This document shows, piece by piece, positions 37,422 to 47,623 of a DNA stretch of 64,000 bases; the first letter of the stretch is position 1, and every line of letters begins with the position of its first letter. Source of the DNA: Dehalococcoidia bacterium (GTDB taxonomy: Bacteria > Chloroflexota > Dehalococcoidia > Lucifugimonadales > CAJWER01). Position numbers and translations under genes: made by a program. The notes under the pieces are model-generated. The model was not told the origin of the DNA. It saw only the letters and a program-made list of their open reading frames with translations, and did no database searches. The stretch lies in contig CBDBQI010000005.1 of NCBI GenBank assembly GCA_965209165.1, forward strand, positions 491,440 through 555,439, read 5' to 3'.

Positions 37422-39140
37422 GTGGCGCAGGTCAAGCCCGACGTCGCGCGGTGCTCGCGGCTCATCTACGAAGGGTTCGAAGGCTACAACCGGCAGTTCC
37501 GGCGCCTCACCGACCGGGCCCGGCGGCGCTTCGAGCAGCGCGACTGGAAGGGCCAGATCCAGGATATCGGCGAGCGCCTCGAGCTCTACGACAAGTGGTG
37601 CCTGAAGATTCAGGCTCGGCTCCGCCACGAGCTCGAGGGCGGCATCGACCGGCGAGACTGCTGGCGGCGGGTGCGCGACCACTACGGTTCGCGAATCGAG
37701 AACGTCCCCGACGCCGGCTTCATGAAGACCTTCTTCAACTCCATCAGCCGCCGCACGTTCGGTACGGTGGGGACCGACGCCATGCTCGAGTTCATCCAGC
37801 CGGCGCCGGAGGAGGGGCTCGAATCGCTGGCCATGCGGCGCTATCCCTGCTGGGACGACGTCGAGACCAGCTTCGGGCGGATCCTCAAGGACTTCAAGCT
37901 CCGCGAGCCGTACCGCGACGCCGCCTGCGACGCCCGGTTCATGACCCGCGAGATCCTCGATCACGCAAACCGGCTCGGCATCGGCACCGGCGGCTTCCAC
38001 CGCTTCGAATTCATCGACTCGCACTTCTTCCAGGGTGCCCGCGCGTACCTCGTGGGGCGCATCATCCATGAGCGCTGCCAGCTTCCCATCGTGGTGGCGT
38101 TCGAGAACACCGGACGCGGCATCCGCGTCGACGCGGTGCTGCTCGAGGAGTCGCAGGTCGGCAACGTCTTCAGCTACACGCGCTCCTACTACTTCACCGA
38201 CCCGACCTCGGTCATCGGCGCCGTCCAGTTCCTGCACTCCATCCTGCCGCGCAAGCCGATCGACGAGCTCTACACGGTGCTGGGACGCCTGCGCCAGGGC
38301 AAGACCGAACGCTTCCGGTGCTTCTCCGACCACCTGGGCCGGAGCCGAGACCCGTTCGTGCACGCGGACGGCGACCGCGGCCTCGTCATGCACGTGTTCA
38401 CGCTCGAGTCCTTCAACCTGGTGTTCAAGGTCATTCGCGACCATTTCGGATACCCCAAGACCGTCACCCGCGAGCAGGTCATCTCGAAGTACAGGCTCGT
38501 GTCCAGGCACGACCACGCCGGCCGTCTGATCGACACCCAGGAATTCCTGAACCTGAAGCTGCCGATCGATCGCTTCGATCCAGGTCTTCTGGCGGAGCTG
38601 CTGGAAGGAGCGGTCGCGACCGTCCACCGCGAGGGAGGCGATCTGGTCCTGAACCGCGTCTACATCGAACGCCGCGTCCGGCCCTTGAACCTGTATGTCC
38701 GGGAGGAAGCCCGTGAACGCGCGACCGCCGCGATTCTCGACTACGGTCAGGCGATCAAGGATCTCGCGGAGACCAACATCTTTCCCGGCGACCTGCTGCT
38801 GAAGAACTTCGGCGTCACCGCCTCGGGCCGCGTGGTGTTCTACGACTATGACGAGGTGGCGCTGGTGACGGACTGCCGATTTCGCGAGCTTCCGGAACCC
38901 GACGACGATCTCGACCTGCGGGACCCGGGGGCGGTTCGCTATATCGGACCGCACGACATCTTCCCCGAAGAGTTCATCAAGTTCCTCGCGATGGAGGCAG
39001 AGTTGCGAAGCACGTTTCTTCGGGTGCACGGAGACCTGCTGACGGCAACCTACTGGCGAGACGTGAAGAACCGCCGGCTGGCCGGAGAGATCACGCACGT
39101 CGTTCCATATCGACGTGCAAGCCATTCGGTGGCGGTCTGA
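37422..39140 (+). CDS. aceK: Bifunctional isocitrate dehydrogenase kinase/phosphatase AceK
   Basis: GTG start 8 nt after the icd stop. N-terminus VAQVKPDVARCSRLIYEGFEGYNRQFRRLT, about 572 aa, collinear with AceK. Confidence 0.8.
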   Translation: MAQVKPDVARCSRLIYEGFEGYNRQFRRLTDRARRRFEQRDWKGQIQDIGERLELYDKWCLKIQARLRHELEGGIDRRDCWRRVRDHYGSRIENVPDAGFMKTFFNSISRRTFGTVGTDAMLEFIQPAPEEGLESLAMRRYPCWDDVETSFGRILKDFKLREPYRDAACDARFMTREILDHANRLGIGTGGFHRFEFIDSHFFQGARAYLVGRIIHERCQLPIVVAFENTGRGIRVDAVLLEESQVGNVFSYTRSYYFTDPTSVIGAVQFLHSILPRKPIDELYTVLGRLRQGKTERFRCFSDHLGRSRDPFVHADGDRGLVMHVFTLESFNLVFKVIRDHFGYPKTVTREQVISKYRLVSRHDHAGRLIDTQEFLNLKLPIDRFDPGLLAELLEGAVATVHREGGDLVLNRVYIERRVRPLNLYVREEARERATAAILDYGQAIKDLAETNIFPGDLLLKNFGVTASGRVVFYDYDEVALVTDCRFRELPEPDDDLDLRDPGAVRYIGPHDIFPEEFIKFLAMEAELRSTFLRVHGDLLTATYWRDVKNRRLAGEITHVVPYRRASHSVAV

Positions 39141-39175
39141 CCGGCTCGCATTCGCGCCGGCCGCGTGGTTGCCGG

Positions 39176-40603
39176 CTACGCCTGCTCGGTCAGCAGCGCC
39201 TCGAGTTGACGAAACAGCTCATCGCTCTGACAGAACGCGACGTTGAAGCGCATCTGCTTCGACGGCGTCATGTCCGGATTGAACATGGCACCGGGGGCGA
39301 GCAGCATGTCGCGCCTGGCCGCGGCCTCCGCCAGCGTTGTGGTGTCGCTGACGCCGGGAACGGTCAACCACGCGAACAACCCATGGGTGTCGTCGCCCGC
39401 CGGGCCGAGGCCGATCGCTTCCAGACGGCGTAGCGCCAGCTCCCGCGTTCGCTGGAGATTGGATAGCAGGTTCGCCCGGTGCTTTCGATAGGTTCCGTGA
39501 ACGAGCAGCTCGTGCACCACGCGTTCGCTGAGCTCCGAGCTCGCGGCATGGGTCAGCATCTTCAGGTCGACCAGGTCCCGAACGAGGTCGCGATGACCGG
39601 CGAGGAAGCCGACCCGGAGTCTCGGAGACAGTGCCTTGGAGAAGCCGTTCAGGTAGATGACCCGGTTGAGCTGGTCCAGGCTCGCGAGGCGTGGCGGCGG
39701 GTTCGGGTGACACGCACCGTCGACATCGTCTTCGATGATGTAGAAGTCGTAGCGTTCGGCGAGCTGCAGCAGCCGGAATGCGGTGCCCCGGGAGATGCTG
39801 CAGCCGGTGGGGTTGTGGATGATCGGCGTGGTGACGAACAACCTGGGATTGTATGTCCGGGCCAGGTCCTCCAGCTTGTCCAGGTCGGGACCGGCGCCGG
39901 TCCAGGGCACGCCATGGATGACCGCGCCCAGTGCCCGCATGTGTCCGAAGATGTTGAAGTAGCCCGGCTCGTCCACCAGCACCACGTCGTCGGTTCGGAC
40001 GAGATAGCGGCCCACGAGGTCCAGGCCGCCGCTGATGCCGTTGGTGAGCACGACTTGATCCGGGGGCGCACCGATCCCCAGCTCCCCCAGTCGGCGAGCG
40101 ATGTCTTCGCGCAACGGAGTGAATCCGCTCGGATTTCCATAGCCGACGAGCAGCCCGTGCGAACCGGCGCGGGAAACACCGCGCATGGCGCGATCGAGAC
40201 CGCTTTCCTGGAGCCACCGCGGCGGCAGCCAGCCGACGCCGGGCAGGTGCCTGAAGTGGAACTCGCGTGCCTGCTGGTGCATCAGCCATAGCACGTCGAC
40301 GGCCCTGTCCAGCCGCACCCCTCCTTCACCGGGCTCGACGGACCGGGAGGGTCGGCAGACGAAGAATCCGGCGCCGTGCCTCGCACGTATGTGACCCGAC
40401 GCGATGAGCCGGTCGTACGCCTGCGCCACGGTGAACTTGCTCACATCGTGATCCGCGGCGAACCGGCGAATCGAGGGCAGGCGGGTCTCGGGACGAAGCT
40501 GGTGGTTGTCGATCAGACGTCGTATCCCCTTGACGATCTGATCGGTGAGCGTGTCGCTTCGCGAGGCATCGACGCCAATCATTGTCGAGATTGTACCGGC
40601 CAT
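39176..40603 (-). CDS. MocR/GntR-family transcriptional regulator with PLP-dependent aminotransferase-like domain
   Basis: N-terminal GntR helix-turn-helix (DQIVKGIRRLIDNHQLRPETRLPSIRRFAADHDVSKFTVAQAYDRL) plus a class I aminotransferase-like C-domain. 475 aa. Confidence 0.8.
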   Translation of the reverse strand: MAGTISTMIGVDASRSDTLTDQIVKGIRRLIDNHQLRPETRLPSIRRFAADHDVSKFTVAQAYDRLIASGHIRARHGAGFFVCRPSRSVEPGEGGVRLDRAVDVLWLMHQQAREFHFRHLPGVGWLPPRWLQESGLDRAMRGVSRAGSHGLLVGYGNPSGFTPLREDIARRLGELGIGAPPDQVVLTNGISGGLDLVGRYLVRTDDVVLVDEPGYFNIFGHMRALGAVIHGVPWTGAGPDLDKLEDLARTYNPRLFVTTPIIHNPTGCSISRGTAFRLLQLAERYDFYIIEDDVDGACHPNPPPRLASLDQLNRVIYLNGFSKALSPRLRVGFLAGHRDLVRDLVDLKMLTHAASSELSERVVHELLVHGTYRKHRANLLSNLQRTRELALRRLEAIGLGPAGDDTHGLFAWLTVPGVSDTTTLAEAAARRDMLLAPGAMFNPDMTPSKQMRFNVAFCQSDELFRQLEALLTEQA

Positions 40604-40822
40604 GAAACCTATACAGTGCAGTTGTCAATATCGGATGTGTATATGTATGGGACAAGCTTCGCCGTCTATCGTTCCTCTTTTGTGCTCCACTACCGGAACT
40701 GTGCCGCACCAGGTACCGATACAGGAATTCGAAAGTTCTTGAAATTGTGCATGTCGTTGGATCGGTCGAGTCGTCTATTCATACGACCCGCGCCCAACTC
40801 CATATAGACAGGGAAATTCCTC

Positions 40823-41365
40823 ATGTCGCTTCATCCGGTAAGGTTCCAGCAACGGCTCACGTTGAATGAATTCCTTGAGCACTACGGAACCGAGGATCAA
40901 TGCTTCGACGCCCTCTACCGGTGGCGATGGCCCAATGGATTCCGCTGCCCTCACTGCGGCCATGACCGAAGCTGCGTGCTGAGCCATCGCAGTCTCCAGC
41001 AGTGCAATCGCTGCCGTCGACAGACGTCGGTGACCGCCGGAACCGTGTTCGATTCCACCAAGCTCCCCCTCACTTCGTGGTTCCTGGGTCTGTACCTGAT
41101 GACGCACGAGAGGAAGGGCGCTTCGGCGATGGCCTTGCATCGCCATCTGGGGATCTCGTACAACGCGGCGTGGCGCATGAGGCGCAAGTTGATCTCGCTG
41201 ATGTCGGATCGAAATCGTCCCCTGCTCCTCGTCAAGGGAGACGAGGTCGATGATGCGGGTTCCGACGTGCCTCGAGGCGAGACCGGCGTCACGGACGATC
41301 CTGCGGACGCGATCCCGCGCGCCAGCGGTATCGGACTCGACGAAGGGGATCCACCGACGGATTGA
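40823..41365 (+). mobile_element. IS1595-family transposase, 3'-truncated remnant (zinc-ribbon N-domain only)
   Basis: NEFLEHYGTEDQCFDALYRWRWPNGFRCPHCGHDRSCVLSHRSLQQCNRCRRQTSVTAGTVFDSTKLPLTSWFLGLYLMT is the IS1595 zinc-ribbon/N-domain. The DDE catalytic domain is absent. An AT-rich stretch (40600-40820) lies immediately upstream. Confidence 0.65.
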
Positions 41366-41442
41366 TCGGTGATCCGAGCGGTCCCCTTGCAATGCGGTGC
41401 ACGCGCCCCCGGGGGCGTGCCGTCGATCGAGGTGGAGGCGAT

Positions 41443-42075
41443 TCAGCCGAGCTCTTCGAGCACCTCCCGCACGTCGGCAGCGATCGCGTCGATGGTCTCG
41501 TCGCCGTAGTACAACGCCCGTACGTGCCCGGCCGGGTCGATGAGGTAGCCGATGGAGGAGTGATTCACGAGGTAACCCTCGGCCGGCTGGCCCTCGGGGA
41601 TCATGAACTGCGCTCCGTAGCGGCGGGCAACATCCTCGAGCTCGTCCTCGCTTCCCGTGAGCCCCAGGAATTCGGGATCGAAGAACTCGACATACCGGCC
41701 GAGTCGTTGCGGCGTGTCCCGGGCCGGGTCCACGGAGATGAACACCCCGGTGAACCGGGCTGCATCCTCCTCGTGCAGGGCGGTCTTGACCTCGCGCATG
41801 CGAGCGAGCGTCGCGGGACAGACGTCGGGACAGAAGGTGTATCCGAAGAACATCATCACCGCGTTGCCGGCGAGATCGCTCAGTCGCATGCGGTCGCCGC
41901 TCTGGTCGACGAGCTCGAACTCTCCTCCGAACTCGTAGCGCTCGAGTCCCGACCCCGAGCCGGAATCGACGCGCCCGGCGCCGTCGTCCCGGACCATTCC
42001 ACCGAAGACGAGGCCCGCGACGAGCGCCGCGATCACGATCGCGCCCATCGCAAGTCTTTGGGAGAGAGTCGACAT
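41443..42075 (-). CDS. SCO1/SenC family copper chaperone (thioredoxin-like)
   Basis: FGYTFCPDVCP CxxxC motif. N-terminal TM anchor. Start at MSTLSQRL (42075). Confidence 0.75.
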   Translation of the reverse strand: MSTLSQRLAMGAIVIAALVAGLVFGGMVRDDGAGRVDSGSGSGLERYEFGGEFELVDQSGDRMRLSDLAGNAVMMFFGYTFCPDVCPATLARMREVKTALHEEDAARFTGVFISVDPARDTPQRLGRYVEFFDPEFLGLTGSEDELEDVARRYGAQFMIPEGQPAEGYLVNHSSIGYLIDPAGHVRALYYGDETIDAIAADVREVLEELG

Positions 42076-42438
42076 CTGCGCTTCGATCGGGGGCGCCGTT
42101 CCCCGGCACGTGCGTACTGTACACGAACACCGATTCCCCCCGCCGGTCGTCGGCGCCGTGCGATGACGCAACGCGGGGGTGCGACGCGCCGGCGGCCCGG
42201 GATCACGGCACCCGGAAATTCGGTCTCCGGTCATCCCGTCCGACCCATCGGTCCGGACGGCCCCTGAGATTCGGTGCCTCCGCATGGAATCTCTCGTCGC
42301 GAGGGTACCGCTCGCGAGCGACAACGTGAAAGAATCGTCTTCCCCCGGCACCGGAGGGCTGCGTGCAAACCGCGGTACGCGGCCGACTTCGGGATTTCAT
42401 GGCAATGCGGCGCTCCATGACGAAGGAGATCCGAGCTG

Positions 42439-43413
42439 ATGAGCGACTACGCGAATTTGCGGACACGAATCGAGGGACGGGAGGTCATCATTCTCGACGG
42501 AGCCATCGGCACCCAGCTCCAGCGCATGGAGGTTCCGATGAGCCACGATGCCTGGGCCGCCATCGCCCTCGAGTCCCACCCGTTCACGGTGCGCCGGCTC
42601 CACGAGCTGTACATCGACGCCGGCGTGGACGTCATCACCACCAACACCTACTCGAGCGCCCGGCACAACCTCGTGCCCCTCGGTCTCGGCGACAGGATGC
42701 ACGAGCTCAACCTGCGTGCGGTGATGCTGGCCCAGGATGCCCGCGACCGCCGGGCGACGGAGCGGCCGGTGTGGATCGGCGGCTCGGTCTCGAACTACGG
42801 GCTCATGGCCGGGTCGGAGTCGGGCTGGAAGGACTTCCGGTACTTCCGCCACCGGTTGGAGACGAGCGACGACCAGGCCCGCGCCAACCTCCGCGAGCAG
42901 GCGGAGATCCTCGCCGAAGCGGGGGTGGACTTCCTCATCGCGGAGCCGACCGGCAGCACCGTCCAGCGCCGCTGGGTCTTCGAGGCCTGCCTCGCCACCG
43001 GCCTGCCGGTGTGGTCCGGCTTCAAGTGCCACCAGGATTCCACTGACAGCTCGCTCAAGGTCGGCTACCGGTCGGGCGAAGCCTTCGACGCCGAGTTCGC
43101 CTCGCTCGCCGCCCTCGGCGGCGAGGTGGTCACCGTGTTCCACTCGCCGGTGGACGCCACCGACGACGCCCTCGCGGTGGTCAAGGCGCACTGGAGCGGC
43201 CCGATCGGCATCTATCCGGAGGCGGAGCGGGAGGACTACGTCGACGCGAACCGCGACTATTCCGTCCCGACGAAGCTGACGCCGGAGGAGTTCGTGGCGC
43301 GGGCGCAGCGCTGGGTCTCCGAGGGGGTGCAGGTGATCGGGGGCTGCTGCGGAGTCGAGCTCGAGTACATCCGCCCGCTCCGCGAAGCGTTGCCCGACCG
43401 GCTCGCGGGATAG
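42439..43413 (+). CDS. Homocysteine S-methyltransferase family protein (MmuM/BHMT-like)
   Basis: IILDGAIGTQLQ...VDVITTNTY...GGCCGV (zinc-binding cysteines). 324 aa. Confidence 0.75.
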   Translation: MSDYANLRTRIEGREVIILDGAIGTQLQRMEVPMSHDAWAAIALESHPFTVRRLHELYIDAGVDVITTNTYSSARHNLVPLGLGDRMHELNLRAVMLAQDARDRRATERPVWIGGSVSNYGLMAGSESGWKDFRYFRHRLETSDDQARANLREQAEILAEAGVDFLIAEPTGSTVQRRWVFEACLATGLPVWSGFKCHQDSTDSSLKVGYRSGEAFDAEFASLAALGGEVVTVFHSPVDATDDALAVVKAHWSGPIGIYPEAEREDYVDANRDYSVPTKLTPEEFVARAQRWVSEGVQVIGGCCGVELEYIRPLREALPDRLAG

Positions 43414-43461
43414 ACGCGTCCGCGCCTGCGTCGCCACTCGCGCAGACATCCGGATGGCGCG

Positions 43462-44493
43462 ATGCGCGCCCGGCAGGTCATCCACATCGTAGGCGCCCAC
43501 GCCGAGGGCGAGGTGGGCGACGTCATCGTCGGCGGGGTCGCGCCGCCGCCGGGCGCGACGCTCTGGGAGCAGTCGCGGTTCATCGCGCACGACGGACGGC
43601 TGCGCAGCTTCGTGCTGAACGAGCCCCGCGGCGGGGTGTTCCGCCACGTGAACCTTCTCGTGCCGCCGAAGCACCCCGAGGCGCAGATGGGGTTCATCAT
43701 CATGGAGCCGGAGGACACCCCGCCGATGTCCGGCTCGAACAGTCTGTGCGTCGCCACGGTGCTGCTCGAGACCGGCGTCCTCCCGATGCGCGAGCCCGAG
43801 ACCCGGCTTCGGCTGGAAGCGCCGGGCGGTCTGATCGAAGCGGTCGCGTCGTGCCGCGACGGTCGCGTCGAGCGGGTGCGGGTAAGGAACGTTCCCTCCT
43901 TCGTCGATCGCCTCGACGCGGCGCTGGAGGTCGAAGGGCTCGGGACGCTCACCGCGGATACCGCCTACGGCGGGGACAGCTTCGTGATCGTCGACGCCCC
44001 GTCGCTCGGATTCTCGCTGTCTCCGGACGAGGCGCGCGACATCGCGGTGACCGGGGTCCGGATCACCCGCGCCGCGAACGAGCAGCTCGGCTTCACTCAC
44101 CCCGCGAACCCGGAGTGGTCGCACGTCTCCTTCTGCCAGATGACGGCGCCGGTGGAGGTGAGCGACGGCGTGAAGACGGGCCGGAGCGCAGTCGCGATCC
44201 GCCCCGGCAAGATCGACCGCTCGCCCTGCGGCACCGGATGCTCGGCTCGGCTCGCGGTACTGCACGCGCGAGGCGAGCTCGCGCCGGGCGAGCCGTTCGT
44301 CGGACTCTCGCCCATCGACTCGCGGTTCGACTGTCGCATCGAATCGCTGGCGCGGTTCGGCGGGCGCGAGGCGGTGATTCCGTCGTTGAGCGGCCGGGCG
44401 TGGATCACGGGCACGTACCAGCACATGCTCGATCCCGGCGATCCGTGGCCGGAGGGCTATCGGCTGAGCGACACCTGGCCGCGGATCGTCTGA
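43462..44493 (+). CDS. Proline racemase family protein (proline racemase / 4-hydroxyproline epimerase / trans-3-hydroxy-L-proline dehydratase)
   Basis: MSGSNSLCV and DRSPCGTG catalytic-loop motifs at the two half-sites. 343 aa. Confidence 0.75.
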   Translation: MRARQVIHIVGAHAEGEVGDVIVGGVAPPPGATLWEQSRFIAHDGRLRSFVLNEPRGGVFRHVNLLVPPKHPEAQMGFIIMEPEDTPPMSGSNSLCVATVLLETGVLPMREPETRLRLEAPGGLIEAVASCRDGRVERVRVRNVPSFVDRLDAALEVEGLGTLTADTAYGGDSFVIVDAPSLGFSLSPDEARDIAVTGVRITRAANEQLGFTHPANPEWSHVSFCQMTAPVEVSDGVKTGRSAVAIRPGKIDRSPCGTGCSARLAVLHARGELAPGEPFVGLSPIDSRFDCRIESLARFGGREAVIPSLSGRAWITGTYQHMLDPGDPWPEGYRLSDTWPRIV

Positions 44494-44549
44494 GCCGCGC
44501 CACCATCGGCCGAACCGGGCGCGGCAGCTCCCGCGCAGGCCGCGCGTCG

Positions 44550-46136
44550 TCAGCCGTCGTAGGCGACGAACTTCATGGCCTGGTAGACGCTGCGCCGGAC
44601 CTGTCGCCGCTTCAGGCGCGAGTGCAGGAATCGGTTGAGTCCGGCCGCGAGCAGACCCGCGACGTCGGGGGGAGGGTCCGCGCGCAGCTCCTCGCGCGCC
44701 GCCAGCACCGTCTTCAACAGGTGCACCGACACGATGAACTCGCCCGCACCGTGGTCGTAGAGTCTCTCGACCGCGCTCGCAAGGAACGCATCGACGTCGT
44801 CCACCCGCCATGACGGGTGGCCGCCGTTGCCGGCGGTGTAGCGCGCGTTGCGCCCACTGAAGCACGCCATCTGCAGGAGCGCGGGCGGCCACAGCTCGGG
44901 GAACCGGGCGCATTGGACGCGGACCGCGCTGGCGAAGGTGATCCCGTGGGTGAAGGAGAGCCAGCCGACGTTGTCGTCCACCGGAATCCGGATCCGGTCC
45001 TGGTGCTCGGCGTCGAAGGTGAGGAGGTTGCGGGCGTTGGCGCCGAGCAGGGCGTGGAAGAGGCGCATCGGCGGCACCGCGCTCGAGGCGACAGCGCGCG
45101 CGAGCGCCTTGTCGATGCCGAGGCCGCACCAGTCGGCGGGTGCCGGGTCCGCTCCGTTTCCCGCCCTGCCCCACCGCGCGAGCGCCTTCGCGTAGCCCCG
45201 GTACTCGGGAATCAGGTCCTCGCGGGTCGCGAACACCAGCCCTCGGACGAGGGAGAGAAGCAGCGGCTCGGCGACGTCCGAGCCGAGGCGCTCGACGAGG
45301 CGGTCCGCCTTGGTGACGTAGATCAGCGAGTGGCCGAAGTCGTTGTAGTGGGCGAGCGCGGCCCGGCTCAGGCCCCGTTCGAAGGCGGCGAATCCGAGCC
45401 CCGCCGCGAGCCCGCCCCGCAAGGTCGCCACCGCCGCGTCCTCGTCCTCGCCTTCGACGGCGGCGACGAACGCCTCCTCGTCCCAGGGCCGGGTGGCGCC
45501 GGTGAACGCGCGGCGCGGCTCGCGCAGCACGTCGTCGGCGATGTGACCGACGCTCTCCAGCACGCAGGCGAGGCGGGTTTCGTCGTCACCTTCGTTCTCG
45601 TCGTAGAGGGCCAGCCAGTCCGCCGCGCCGGCATAGGCATGGGTCCACCCGAACTCCATGCGGTCGAAGGACCAGTGGATGGCCTCTCGCAGCGCATCGA
45701 GGGGATCGGCGCCGAGCCGGTGCAGGCGCGCGATCTCGCGGGCCATGCGCTCGTAGGCGTTGTCCTCGCGGGCTTCGGCGAGGCTCGCGAGGATCTCGGC
45801 GCGGCGTTCGGCGTACGGCGGGTCCGCGAGGTCGATCCATACGTCGTCGCCGCGGATCTCCGTCGGCCAGGTCCGCAACCCCTCGCCGCCATAGAGGTTC
45901 CTGCCGCTTTGCAGGTCGAACTTCCAGTTGTGCCAGTTGCAGGTGAGGACGCACCGATCGTCGAGGCTGCCCTCGCGCAGCGGATAGCCTTCGTGGGGGC
46001 AGCGGTTGTTGCAGGCGAGCACCCCTCGCGGCGTGTGGAACACGGCGATCTGACGTCCCCCCTTGCGGAATACCAGCCGGCCCTTGCTCTCGAGGGCTTC
46101 GAGGGACGCCGCGCGGGTCCAGGTGCTTGCGGTCAT
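44550..46136 (-). CDS. Rieske [2Fe-2S] domain protein with ~400-aa C-terminal domain of unknown function
   Basis: CPHEGYPL...CNWHNWKF Rieske motif in the N-terminal ~110 aa. The C-terminal domain is helical and does not read like a classical Rieske-oxygenase catalytic domain. Start at MTASTW (46136). Confidence 0.6.
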   Translation of the reverse strand: MTASTWTRAASLEALESKGRLVFRKGGRQIAVFHTPRGVLACNNRCPHEGYPLREGSLDDRCVLTCNWHNWKFDLQSGRNLYGGEGLRTWPTEIRGDDVWIDLADPPYAERRAEILASLAEAREDNAYERMAREIARLHRLGADPLDALREAIHWSFDRMEFGWTHAYAGAADWLALYDENEGDDETRLACVLESVGHIADDVLREPRRAFTGATRPWDEEAFVAAVEGEDEDAAVATLRGGLAAGLGFAAFERGLSRAALAHYNDFGHSLIYVTKADRLVERLGSDVAEPLLLSLVRGLVFATREDLIPEYRGYAKALARWGRAGNGADPAPADWCGLGIDKALARAVASSAVPPMRLFHALLGANARNLLTFDAEHQDRIRIPVDDNVGWLSFTHGITFASAVRVQCARFPELWPPALLQMACFSGRNARYTAGNGGHPSWRVDDVDAFLASAVERLYDHGAGEFIVSVHLLKTVLAAREELRADPPPDVAGLLAAGLNRFLHSRLKRRQVRRSVYQAMKFVAYDG

Positions 46137-46481
46137 GACCGATCCTCCCGATGGAGCGTGCGCGCCGTTGGGTCGGTTTCGATTCGACCGGCTCGACGAT
46201 GTACGCTCGCTCGATCCGATCCCGGTGGCCTGTCCGGAATGATGACGCAGCACGCCGGAAATTCAAACGCAGGGCACAATGTCCGGCGACACATGAGCGG
46301 CCGGCATGGATGAGCGGCCTGATTCTGGTCCTCGGGTGAACGACTCGTCTCGAGGTTGCGGATCGCGGAGCTTGCGTTGCTCGCGTCGGCGACGTTGGGT
46401 CAGGACGATGATGCGTCGTCGGCTGGAGGTAGTCGGACAGTGTTCGGGAATCCGCCGGACTCTTCCCGGTTCGTCCCGGCG

Positions 46482-47378
46482 TCAGTGTCCTTCCAGCTCC
46501 TCGATTCGCTTCGGCCAGGTCTCCTTCAGGAGCCGCGACAGCGACCGGTCCGCGAGCACCCGCCCGCCGGTCTGGCAGCGGGCGCAGTAGTTGCTCTCGT
46601 TCTCCGCGTGCACGATGCGCTGGATCGGCGCGCCGCACACCGGGCAGGGCTGCCGGTACTTGCCGTGCGCGGCCATCTCGTCGTGAAACGCGGTGACCTT
46701 GGCCGGAAACTCGTCGCCGGTCTTGGCACGCAGGATCTCGGTCCAGTCGACGAGTGTCTTCCTGCATGCTTCGTGGAGGCGCCGGGCCTCTTCGTCCTTC
46801 ACGTCGCGGGCACGCTTGAACGGGGACAGTCCGGCGTACAGCAGGATCTCGTCGGAGTAGGCGTTGCCGATACCGGCGAAGATGCGCTGGTCGGTCAGAG
46901 TGCGCTTCAGGGTGTGACGGGATTCGCGTAGTCGCCGGACAAAGTCCGCGAGGTCGGTGTCGAGGACTTCGAGACCGCCGGGGTCGAGCGCGGCCAGCGC
47001 GTCCTCGCCCCGGACCAGACGCAGGGAGGCTCGCTTCTTCCGGCTCGCCTCGGTCAGGAGCAGCGTGCCCGAGGCGAAGTCGAACGCGGCGAGCGTATTG
47101 CGCCCGCGCTTCGGGAGCGCTCTCCCCGCGCCGTGCCAGCGCAGGCGCCCGGCGATCATCAGGTGGATCACGACGAAGCTGCCGCCGTCGAGCTCGAGGA
47201 CGATCTGCTTGGCGAGTCGCCGCACGCCGGCGACAGCCCGGCCCCGCACATCCTCGACCGACGGCGACACGGTGCGAAGCACGAAGGGGCTCGCCAGCCG
47301 GATGTCGTGCAGCGTCTCGCCGGTGACACGCCGATCCAGGTGTTCGATGTAGACGGTGAGGTCCGGCAACTCCGGCAT
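46482..47378 (-). CDS. Formamidopyrimidine-DNA glycosylase / Nei family (Fpg/MutM-like)
   Basis: MPELPDLTVYIEHL N-terminus with catalytic Pro2. C-terminal zinc finger CPVCGAPIQ...CARCQ. Confidence 0.8.
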   Translation of the reverse strand: MPELPDLTVYIEHLDRRVTGETLHDIRLASPFVLRTVSPSVEDVRGRAVAGVRRLAKQIVLELDGGSFVVIHLMIAGRLRWHGAGRALPKRGRNTLAAFDFASGTLLLTEASRKKRASLRLVRGEDALAALDPGGLEVLDTDLADFVRRLRESRHTLKRTLTDQRIFAGIGNAYSDEILLYAGLSPFKRARDVKDEEARRLHEACRKTLVDWTEILRAKTGDEFPAKVTAFHDEMAAHGKYRQPCPVCGAPIQRIVHAENESNYCARCQTGGRVLADRSLSRLLKETWPKRIEELEGH

Positions 47379-47623
47379 GCGGCGGCGTTCCGGGATTCGG
47401 GTCTCCGCAATCCTACACCGCATTGCACGGGGGTGAGCCAGCGCTCGCGGTCGGGGCTCACGGCGCCTGGCGGAGGATGCAGGAGCCCGGCGGCTCCCCT
47501 CCCGCGTGACAAGGCTGCCGCGAGCAGCCCGACCGGGCCCGCGCGCGGCGCCCGATTCTCACCGGTTCAGGGCTGCGAACGAAAATCGGTCGGAAATGGT
47601 GCCGGCACGCACTCCCGATCGGG

